Below, piece after piece: positions 49,346-64,000 of a DNA stretch of 64,000 nucleotides; within the stretch, counting starts at the first letter, position 1; each line of letters begins with the position of its first letter. Under the pieces are notes generated by a model. It made no database searches. It saw nothing but the letters and a program-made list of their open reading frames with translations, and had not been told where the DNA came from. Both the position numbers and the translations under genes were made by a program. Origin of the DNA: Nibricoccus sp. (GTDB taxonomy: Bacteria > Verrucomicrobiota > Verrucomicrobiia > Opitutales > Opitutaceae); contig JASGHG010000001.1 of the NCBI GenBank assembly GCA_047602425.1, positions 1,600,001-1,664,000 of the forward strand, in the 5' to 3' direction.

Positions 49346-49759
49346 TCAAATGTAATACATTTGGTCCGGGTTTTTCGCGACCAGCTTGTCGAGGGTGTAG
49401 CCACGGACCTTCGCTTCGAAGGAATCCCGGACTTCTTTCCAAATTTGGTTCACATGCTTGGCCGATTGTCCCGAACCGGCCGTGGTGATTTCCAACAAAT
49501 CCCCTTCGATCACCTCCACGATATCGAGCAGCGTGATCTTTTCCGGGTCCCGCGCTAGGGCATAACCGCCTTGTTTGCCCCGCCGACTGGTAATCAGCCC
49601 GCCGTTGCGTAATTCGCTTAAAATTTGCACCAAATAATTCGCCGGGACCGCCTCCAATCGCGCCAGCTCTTCGATGTGCGCCAGCTCCTCGCTACCATGT
49701 TGACGCGCCAACTGGGCAAGCACGCGACAAGCGTAATCAACTTTCACCGATAACTTCAT
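49346..49759 (-). CDS. Rrf2 family regulator (CymR-like)
   Basis: MKLSVKVDYA, YLVQIL, SRRGKQGGYALAR, ITLLDIVEVIEG; no Fe-S cysteines; ends MYYI. Confidence 0.9.
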   Translation of the reverse strand: MKLSVKVDYACRVLAQLARQHGSEELAHIEELARLEAVPANYLVQILSELRNGGLITSRRGKQGGYALARDPEKITLLDIVEVIEGDLLEITTAGSGQSAKHVNQIWKEVRDSFEAKVRGYTLDKLVAKNPDQMYYI

Positions 49760-49800
49760 GATGCCGAGGGTAGGACGTTATCTTTAGTTCGCAACCTTAA

Positions 49801-52428
<2,628 letters not shown>

Positions 52429-52432
52429 GCAA

Positions 52433-52507
52433 GGTCATGGGTCATAGGTTATGGGTCATGGGTCGGAAAATTCACCTATAACCCATCACCCATTACCAAT
52501 CACCTAT
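52433..52507. repeat. Inverted pair of 7-bp tandem repeats between gyrB and gyrA
   Basis: GGTCATG GGTCATA GGTTATG GGTCATG GGTC ... CACCTAT AACCCAT CACCCAT TACCAAT CACCTAT. Confidence 0.8.
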
Positions 52508-52536
52508 TCCGCCACCCACCATCTCCCACCTTTTCC

Positions 52537-55035
52537 ATGTATACAGCGTCCGAAAAACTTTCGACGGCCAACATCACCGACATCATGCAGACCGCTTACA
52601 TCGATTATTCGATGTCGGTCATCGTTTCGCGTGCCTTGCCCGACGCCCGCGACGGCCTAAAACCCGTCCAACGCCGCATCCTCTATGCGATGCTTCGTGA
52701 AGGTCTCCTGCACAATCGCCCTTTCGACAAATGCGCCGGCGTCGTTGGTGAAGTCCTCAAAAACTACCATCCACACGGCGATTCCTCCGTGTACGACACG
52801 CTCGTCCGCATGGCTCAGACGTGGGTCATGCGTTATCCGCTCATCGATCCGCAAGGCAATTTCGGCTCCGTCGACGGCGATCCACCCGCCGCCTACCGCT
52901 ACACGGAGTCTCGCCTCAACGAAATCGCCGAAGAGCTCCTCAAGGACATCGAAGAGGACACGGTCGATTTCGTCCCCAACTACAAGGAATCGACCACCGA
53001 GCCCACTGTATTGCCCGCAGCACTACCGAACTTGTTGATGAACGGCTCGACCGGCATCGCGGTCGGCATGACGACCAACATTCCGCCGCACAATCTCAAC
53101 GAGCTCATCGACGCCACTTGCGCCATCATCGACAAGCCGGCCATTTCCGTTAACGAAATCTGCGGCATCATCACCGGCCCCGATTTTCCGACCGGCGGCA
53201 CCATCTCCGGCCGTGAAGGCATTCTCTCCTATCTCACCACCGGCAAAGGTATCGTCCGTATCCGCGGCAAGGCCCACACCGAGGAAATCAAGGGCGGCAT
53301 GGAGCAAATCGTTATCACGGAAATTCCGTATAACGTCAACCGCGCCAACCTCGTCACCCGCATTGCCGAACTAGTCACAGACAAGGAAATTGACGGCATC
53401 CGCGATGTCCGCGACGAATCCGACGAAAACACCCGCGTCGTCATCGAGCTCAAGCGCGGCGAACAAGCCAAGGTTGTCATCAACCAGCTCTTCCAAAAGA
53501 CCGCCCTCGAATCCTCCTTCGGCGTCACGCTTCTCGCGCTCGATAAAAAGCGCCCGAAGCAGATGAACATCAAGGAACTCCTTGAGTGTTACATCGAGCA
53601 CCGTCGCGACGTTATCACCCGCCGCACGAAATTCCGTCTCCGCGAAGCCGAGGACCGCGCTCACATCCTCGAAGGCTACATTATCGCCCTCGATAACCTC
53701 GACGATTTCGTCAAAATCATCCGCGCCTCGCAAAACCGCGAGGAAGCCAAAGTGCGTTTGATGGCCAAGTATCCGCTTTCCGAGCGCCAGACCGACGCCA
53801 TTCTCGAACTTCGTTTGTACCAACTCACTGGTTTGGAACGCGGCAAGATCGAGGCCGAGTACATCGAACTCCAACGCCTCATCGAAGAACTTCGCAGCAT
53901 CCTCGAAAGTGAAGCCAAGCTCCTCTCCGTCATCAAAGCCGAACTCCTCGCGCTTCGCGAAAAATACTCGCAGCCCCGCCGCACCGAAATCATTGGCGAT
54001 GCCGGCGAGTTCCGCATGGAGGACGTTATCCCCAACGAAGGCTGCGTCATCACCGTTTCGCACCTCGGCTTCATCAAGCGCACGCCCGTCGCCGAATATC
54101 GCAGCCAAAAACGCGGCGGCAAAGGCATCATCGGCACCGAGACCTACGAAGAAGATTTCGTCGAGCACCTCTTCACCGCGAGCACGCACGACTACATTCT
54201 CTTCCTCACGAGCATTGGCCAGTGCCACGCGAAAAAAGTCTACGACATCCCTGAAGGCACACGCGCCTCCAAGGGAAAATCAGTCTCGTCGTTTCTCCGC
54301 CTGGCCGATGGCGAAAAAATTGCGTCGATGCTTTGCGTGAAAGATTTTGCCGATAGCCGTTACGTCGTCATGGCGACGAAACGCGGCATCATCAAAAAAA
54401 GCGCTCTCTCCGATTACGCCAATGCCACGCGCGAAGGCGGTCTCATCGGTATTAATCTCGATGCCAGCGACATCGTGATCGGCTCCGTGCTCACGACGGG
54501 CGACAACGAGCTCATCCTCGTTTCCCACCAAGGCCTCGCTGTGCGCTTCCGCGAGCGTGATCCGGTGACGGGCGAAGATAACTTCCGCGCCACCGGTCGC
54601 GCCACCAGCGGTGTTACCGGCATGCGATTCAAACTCGAAAGCGATTTCCTCGACGTGATCGAAGTCGTCGATCATGAGGCAAAATTCCTCGTCGCAAGCG
54701 AAGCCGGTCTCGGCGTTCGCACGCGTTTCGAAGATTACCGTCTCATCAACCGCGGCGGTTCCGGCGTTTGGGCGATCGATCTTCCCGAAGACGGCTCGAT
54801 CAAACTCGCTGGCGCACTCAGCGTTCGCGACACCGACGAAATCATGCTCCTCACCGCGAAAGGCCAAAGCGTCCGTTGTCCCGTGAATACTATTCGCGAG
54901 ACAGGTCGTGGCGCAAAAGGTGTTCGTCTCGTCACACTCGAAGCCGGCGACAAACTTCTTTCGATCGCTCGCATCGTTGAGACCGACGAAGAGACAGAAG
55001 CTCACGGTCAACCGACCGAATCGACGACAACCTGA
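52537..55035 (+). CDS. gyrA: DNA gyrase subunit A
   Basis: [27 protein letters not shown], GyrA-box QKRGGKG. Confidence 0.98.
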   Translation: MYTASEKLSTANITDIMQTAYIDYSMSVIVSRALPDARDGLKPVQRRILYAMLREGLLHNRPFDKCAGVVGEVLKNYHPHGDSSVYDTLVRMAQTWVMRYPLIDPQGNFGSVDGDPPAAYRYTESRLNEIAEELLKDIEEDTVDFVPNYKESTTEPTVLPAALPNLLMNGSTGIAVGMTTNIPPHNLNELIDATCAIIDKPAISVNEICGIITGPDFPTGGTISGREGILSYLTTGKGIVRIRGKAHTEEIKGGMEQIVITEIPYNVNRANLVTRIAELVTDKEIDGIRDVRDESDENTRVVIELKRGEQAKVVINQLFQKTALESSFGVTLLALDKKRPKQMNIKELLECYIEHRRDVITRRTKFRLREAEDRAHILEGYIIALDNLDDFVKIIRASQNREEAKVRLMAKYPLSERQTDAILELRLYQLTGLERGKIEAEYIELQRLIEELRSILESEAKLLSVIKAELLALREKYSQPRRTEIIGDAGEFRMEDVIPNEGCVITVSHLGFIKRTPVAEYRSQKRGGKGIIGTETYEEDFVEHLFTASTHDYILFLTSIGQCHAKKVYDIPEGTRASKGKSVSSFLRLADGEKIASMLCVKDFADSRYVVMATKRGIIKKSALSDYANATREGGLIGINLDASDIVIGSVLTTGDNELILVSHQGLAVRFRERDPVTGEDNFRATGRATSGVTGMRFKLESDFLDVIEVVDHEAKFLVASEAGLGVRTRFEDYRLINRGGSGVWAIDLPEDGSIKLAGALSVRDTDEIMLLTAKGQSVRCPVNTIRETGRGAKGVRLVTLEAGDKLLSIARIVETDEETEAHGQPTESTTT

Positions 55036-55050
55036 ATCGCCTCAGTTTTT

Positions 55051-55092
55051 GCACAAAGCGGAGCCGCAAATTGCAGCTCCGTTTTTTTGTGC
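55051..55092 (+). terminator. Terminator after gyrA
   Basis: GCACAAAGCGGAGC...GCTCCGTTTTTTTGTGC. Confidence 0.75.
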
Positions 55093-55183
55093 ACATTTTC
55101 AGGCGGACAAATTTCACTTTGTGCCGATTCAACCCTTGCCAACGACAAACTGTCGCCGTGTGCTTTTTTCACCGTTCGCTCCT

Positions 55184-55666
55184 ATGGCCGGCCGCCTCTC
55201 CAAGCTTCTAGACCCCACGCGCATTACGCTCGCTGTGCAGAGCACCAAGCGCACCGCTGCGCTCAATGAAGTTGCGCGCCTCCTCGACGGACATCCTGAC
55301 ATCACAAACTTCCAGGGATTCTACAACGAACTCCTCGCCCGCGAACGCCAGGACACCACGTGCCTTGGCAACGAACTCGCGCTTCCCCACGCCCGCACCG
55401 AGCACGTCAAAAAAATCGTCCTCGCCGTCGGCCGCTCTCAAGAAGGCGTCTTTTTCGAAAACGGAAACCAAACCGTTAAACTCCTTTTTGTCCTCGGCAC
55501 ACCCAAAGCGAATCCAACCGATTACCTCATGGTCGTCAGCTCGCTCTGCAAAATTTTAAAAGACGCTGGCAACCGCGACGCCCTGCTCTCCGCTGCCACT
55601 CCGGCCGACTTCATGCAAACGCTCATCGCCGCCGAGGAAAAACTCGTCGCTGCCCCGGTTAAGTAA
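55184..55666 (+). CDS. PTS EIIA (fructose/mannitol/Ntr-type) protein
   Basis: LLARERQDTTCLGNELALPHAR with phosphoacceptor His; start ATG 55184. Confidence 0.9.
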   Translation: MAGRLSKLLDPTRITLAVQSTKRTAALNEVARLLDGHPDITNFQGFYNELLARERQDTTCLGNELALPHARTEHVKKIVLAVGRSQEGVFFENGNQTVKLLFVLGTPKANPTDYLMVVSSLCKILKDAGNRDALLSAATPADFMQTLIAAEEKLVAAPVK

Positions 55667-56085
55667 CCATTCGTAACATCTAATTTTGCCGGCATCTCAT
55701 TTTGTAGGGCGGCAATTTCATCAAGTGCTTGAACTGCGTGAAGCGATAAAAAATCGAGCAGTTCAACTCGTCGTCGAAGATTCTTCGGACTGGTCGCACC
55801 ACCGCTTCTTCAATTGTCGCGATGCGACCGCAGCGATTCTTCGTCAATGGTTCGCACCCACCTCTACAATTTCGTTGCCGCATTGTATCGCCCTTCAAAT
55901 CGCCGCCCGAATTGATTCATCAGACTGATTCCGAAATGACCGGAATCGTTTCCAAAATCATGGAATCGCCGAATATTCCCGCGAGTTTCCGTTTCTCTCT
56001 GGATCCTCGGCAATAAAATCTCGCGATAAGTTTCAACCGAACAACTGGAGCATTTAAAAAAATGTCATAGCTGCACAACTCCGGC

Positions 56086-56155
56086 TGTAGGGGCGCAGTC
56101 TTGCTGCGCCCGGTTTGGCTGCCAAAGAAAGGACGCACAAGACTGCGCCCCTACA
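56086..56155. repeat. GTAG-family REP doublet (REPIN)
   Basis: TGTAGGGGCGCAGTCTTGCTGCGCCC ... GGACGCACAAGACTGCGCCCCTACA in inverted orientation. Confidence 0.85.
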
Positions 56156-56650
56156 AAGATAGTTCGGCTCATAACACCGATTTACGGCTACAGTTTTATT
56201 GTATGTGCTCTAGCTCGGTCGCCCAACAACGCGCAAATCGCAGGGATTGTGCAGTTCCCTCACTCGTCCGTCTGGAGAGCGAATGACTACCCTCTTGCCA
56301 CAATTCCGACAACGTCGCCTTTCAACGACCTCGTAAGAAGCTACGTTCAACAAATGCCAAAAAGCATCCATCAAAAACCGCCAATGCGAAGCATCATAAA
56401 TCCAAGTTCGGTTAAATCGGCGTTTCAAATGCTCTAAGCTCCGATTTTTTGAAACCGGTTCAGCCCCGAGCCTGCTCACAAGGGCATCCCTCCGACTCGA
56501 TGATCCCGCCTTACAGCCATTCCGACTTCGCTTAGACCTTTATCCGACCCAATAGCCCCACTTTCTGAACTCACTTAGTCTGAGTTAAGGATAAATCTTG
56601 CTTAACGAGATAGCGCTTGCCGCCGGCATCCGGCAACGATCTCCGACCTC

Positions 56651-56694
56651 AGAAAAGAAGAAGGCCCGGACGCTGCTTTCGCAACATCCGGGCC
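56651..56694 (-). terminator. rrn operon terminator
   Basis: GGCCCGGA...TCCGGGCC stem with a U-rich tail on the minus strand just after 5S. Confidence 0.7.
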
Positions 56695-56699
56695 ATAAA

Positions 56700-56814
56700 T
56701 CTGGCAACGACCTACTCTCGCGGGACCTAACGTCCTACTACCATTGGCTGCTCAGGGCTTAACGACCGTGTTCGAGATGGGAACGGGTGGGACCCCTGGC
56801 ATCTGGTCACCAGA
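56700..56814 (-). rRNA. rrf: 5S rRNA
   Basis: CCACCCGTTCCCATCTCGAACACGGTCGTTAAG...GAGAGTAGGTCGTTGCCAGA. Confidence 0.97.
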
Positions 56815-56900
56815 AAATTTATCTCTTTCGAGAAAGTGTTAAAGTTCAGGATAGAACTACCTGTAAGGAGGAAAAATAAACGCCTTGGAATAGTAAGGAT

Positions 56901-59806
<2,906 letters not shown>

Positions 59807-59938
59807 AAACGCTTACTATTCTAGGCGTTTATTCTACCTACTTACATACATATTCTATCCTAAACTTTCAAAGAACAAAATTATTTACCTTGCTGCCATC
59901 TGCCGCCCAATCCGCTATTATATAGACTCGCTATATAA

Positions 59939-60015
59939 TGGTGGGCCCAGATGGACTTGAACCATCGACCCCGCGCTTATCAAGCGCGTGCTCTAACCAA
60001 CTGAGCTATGAGCCC
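59939..60015 (-). tRNA. tRNA-Ile(GAT)
   Basis: GGGCTCATAGCTCAG...CGCGCTTGATAAGCGCG...GGTTCAAGTCC...CCCACCA. Confidence 0.97.
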
Positions 60016-60048
60016 ATTGGAAACTGGCAGTGATCAGGGAGTCGCAGA

Positions 60049-60124
60049 TGGTGGAGCCGGACGGATTCGAACCGACGACTTCCTGCTTGCAAAGCAGGCG
60101 CTCTGCCAACTGAGCTACGACCCC
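60049..60124 (-). tRNA. tRNA-Ala(TGC)
   Basis: GGGGTCGTAGCTCAG...CCTGCTTTGCAAGCAGG...CTCCACCA; G3:U70 identity pair. Confidence 0.97.
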
Positions 60125-60292
60125 ATGATGGGAAATATTTGAAAAGAACTTACTGATTGAAATTTACTTTGTGCGATCAACTGAGACCCAGACTACTTAT
60201 ATACAGTTTTAAGGCTATATACTTTTGTCTTTCGACCATCGGACACTGTAATAACAAACCGAAGTTTATTATCGAGCAGGTCCGTCTCCTTA

Positions 60293-61851
<1,559 letters not shown>

Positions 61852-61955
61852 GAGTTCTGAACCTAGTGATTCATGAACTACTGGTGAAGCGAACCGAAGT
61901 TCGCTTTACCGTATTATTTAACTTATATTGAATTGTTGATTGGGGGTCCCAATCA

Positions 61956-61982
61956 ATCGCACAAAGTAAATTTCAAAGAGCT
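61956..61982 (-). promoter_or_regulatory. rrn leader: boxA-like element and 16S processing stem arm
   Basis: Minus strand GCTCTTTGAAATTTACTTTGTGCGAT; 61956-61976 is a perfect 21-bp inverted repeat of 60157-60177. Confidence 0.7.
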
Positions 61983-62153
61983 TCCCGATGAGGGAAAGAG
62001 TTCCAACAAGAAGGATCGTCGTGCTTCGGTCAATACCTTTTTCGAACTTTTTTCTGAAACTTTCGAAAAAGATTTTTGAAGCAGTCGGCAATCTCAAGGA
62101 ACTCCCTTCATTGCCCGGCGTTTTTTACGTGCCGGCCGCAGAAGGGAGTGCGG

Positions 62154-62181
62154 ACAATGAAACTCCTCGCCCCGGGCTCAA
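62154..62181 (-). promoter_or_regulatory. Putative rrn promoter
   Basis: TTGAGC-16 bp-CATTGT with an AT-rich UP-like tract upstream. Confidence 0.4.
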
Positions 62182-62733
62182 GAAGTTTTTTTAATTCAAA
62201 AATAGAAAAATCACTAGTTATTTATAATTAGCTACTTAAAAATGATTTTTTTCGACGTTTTTGCGGAAATGCCATGCAGATGAAGAGGATTTTTCTGAGC
62301 GCGCCGACAGCGTATCCGATTCTTGGATACAGCTTGAGAGAGGCGTTGTTTTCGGTGCTGTGGAAGGGTTGAAAAGGTGGGCGTAAAATGAGCTTTTTTC
62401 GGCGTTTTTTTGGGGAATTTGGGGAGGGTTGAAGTTGCGGACGAGTGGTGCTGAATGGCCAAGGTTTTTTGGGTACGGAGGGCCGGTCGAGGGCTATCAG
62501 TTGCCTGAGGGCGCATGTAAACGTGCGCGGACGGAAGATTCGTGGACTGTCCCCTTCTCGGCCTACCTTTGGGATTACCCCTCCGATGGGCGTATTGGGT
62601 GGTTTATTTCTGGTTCTTGGTCTCGAGAGTGCAGAGGAGGAGTTGGTGGGAAGCGGTGGTGCCGCTGCTCTTGCACTTTGCCGGAAACATACCAGTCATA
62701 TGCAGGTCGTTACTCCCCGCCCCTGTTTCTCCT

Positions 62734-63153
62734 ATGAAGAATGTCGCTCATCTGGGTTTTAACCTCATCATGCTCCTAGGCTTGTTGTTATGTGCGAGCC
62801 CGGCCAGTGCCAAGGACGTGCCGGTCGATGCCAAGTCGGTGGTTGGGCATTGGGTTCTCGTGGATTTCCGAGGAGGAGACCCCCAAGCGCGGCCCATCGT
62901 GCTCGCCACTAAATTGGAGATGACGTTTCACGCCGATCGCACGGCTTCGGTCCGCGCCCGTCATCCGGAGGACGGCGGCAAAGTGGAAACAAGAAAGGGC
63001 AATTACACCGTGGAGAACGGGAAAATCGCCATGAAGCTCGAAGGTGAGACCGCCGAAGAACCGGCCCGGGCTGTGATTAGAGATGGCAAATTGGTTCTAC
63101 TTCCTGCCGACAGCACCGGAGGGGAACTCATTTTCACCAAATCGGGCAAGTGA
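62734..63153 (+). CDS. Secreted lipocalin-like hypothetical protein
   Basis: Signal peptide ending ASA, VVGHWVL, MTFHADRT, GNYTVENGKI. Confidence 0.65.
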   Translation: MKNVAHLGFNLIMLLGLLLCASPASAKDVPVDAKSVVGHWVLVDFRGGDPQARPIVLATKLEMTFHADRTASVRARHPEDGGKVETRKGNYTVENGKIAMKLEGETAEEPARAVIRDGKLVLLPADSTGGELIFTKSGK

Positions 63154-63314
63154 AGGGATGGTAGTTCTGGAGATAGGAGCCGATCTTGCGTCCGTCGGCC
63201 ACGCTTCGGAAAGGGGACGCAATCTTATGACAAGAGTGAAAACGATCTCGGCGCGGTTTGACCGACTGATGCGCGAGGGCGATTTCGTTTCAGCAGGAGG
63301 ATTTTGAAATCCTC

Positions 63315-64000
63315 TCAATTATCCTTGGGCGTTGGTTCGGCTTGATCGCCGACGTAGGCTTTGGCGAGTGCGGATAATTCCTTAACCGTGGCCGCGTGTT
63401 GAGGATCGTTGACGAGGTTTTTGAGTTCGTGGGGGTCGTTGAGGGGATCGACGAGCATAGCGCCGGCACCACGGCCGTAGAATTCGGCATAGCGCCAGCG
63501 TTCGGTGCGGACCACAACACCGGAAATACCGCGGGCGCGTTCGTTCCAAATCGTGTAGGCGGGGTGATCCCATTTGGCCTGCGGTCCGTTGAGGAGCGGA
63601 CGGAGGCTGAGGCCGTCGAGACCCGAAACGGCGGGCAGACCGCAGAGGTCGACCAAGGTTGGGTAAATATCAATCGATTGGACGATGCGCGGGGAGGGCT
63701 TGCCGTTTCCTTTGGCACGCGGGTCGTAAATCATGAGGGGAATGCGAGCGCCTTGTTCCCAGAGCGAGCCGGCTTTTGACCATTTGCCCTTTTCGCCGAG
63801 CTGGTAGCCGTTGTCGCCCCAGAAGACGATGATGGTGCGGTCGGCGAGACCGAGCTTTTCGAGTTCGTTAAGCACTCGGCCGGCGTTCCAGTCCATGTAC
63901 GATATGCAGGCGAGATAGCCGCGGATCATTTCTTTTGCCTCTTTCGAGGAAGCGTCGCGGGCAATGAAGAGGTCGGCGTTGTTCGGACGGATTGAGCCTG
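63315..64000 (-). CDS. Sulfatase (iduronate-2-sulfatase-like), C-terminal part; runs off the window end
   Basis: GYLACISYMD, TIIVFWGDNG, GEKGKWSK, IDIYPTL, DPHELKNL. Confidence 0.9.
   Translation of the reverse strand, partial: GSIRPNNADLFIARDASSKEAKEMIRGYLACISYMDWNAGRVLNELEKLGLADRTIIVFWGDNGYQLGEKGKWSKAGSLWEQGARIPLMIYDPRAKGNGKPSPRIVQSIDIYPTLVDLCGLPAVSGLDGLSLRPLLNGPQAKWDHPAYTIWNERARGISGVVVRTERWRYAEFYGRGAGAMLVDPLNDPHELKNLVNDPQHAATVKELSALAKAYVGDQAEPTPKDN

Noticed and set aside
55686..56479. Short ORFs between the EIIA gene and 5S, including a possible RAYT remnant
   Set aside because: No recognisable motifs (no HUH/Y1 signature) in the frames read; left unassigned.
59939..60124. Ala-before-Ile tRNA order in the spacer
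   Set aside because: Differs from the enterobacterial order but is a known arrangement; not novel.

Overview
About 60% GC chromosomal window from a Verrucomicrobia (probably Opitutaceae-like) bacterium; the 16S carries the EUB338-III target GCTGCCACCCGTAGGTGT. Core genes: ilvD (partial), metW, rlmN, argJ/B/D/F/G/C, homospermidine synthase plus ornithine decarboxylase, addAB-like helicase-nuclease, rpsT, a small bS22-like gene missed by the ORF track, rnpB, gyrB-gyrA, a PTS EIIA and a complete minus-strand rrn operon (16S-Ala-Ile-23S-5S). Accessory modules: an ArsR / DUF2892 / RND efflux / two-rhodanese / methyltransferase locus, a PilMNOPQ-like secretin operon whose pilM has a +1 frameshift, and a two-component system followed by a three-gene minor-pilin cassette. 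The most striking unexplained signal is a GxxExxY PD-(D/E)xK nuclease gene between argF and argG, bracketed by perfect 34-bp inverted repeats built from 10-bp units. Gene-free elements with the same architecture (6- and 7-bp periods) lie at argB|argD and gyrB|gyrA. Palindromic REP-like elements also appear to have inserted in frame into the RND transporter gene, and the RNase P RNA has a 65-nt insertion in the P8 loop. All calls come from reading the sequence; no database search or folding was run.
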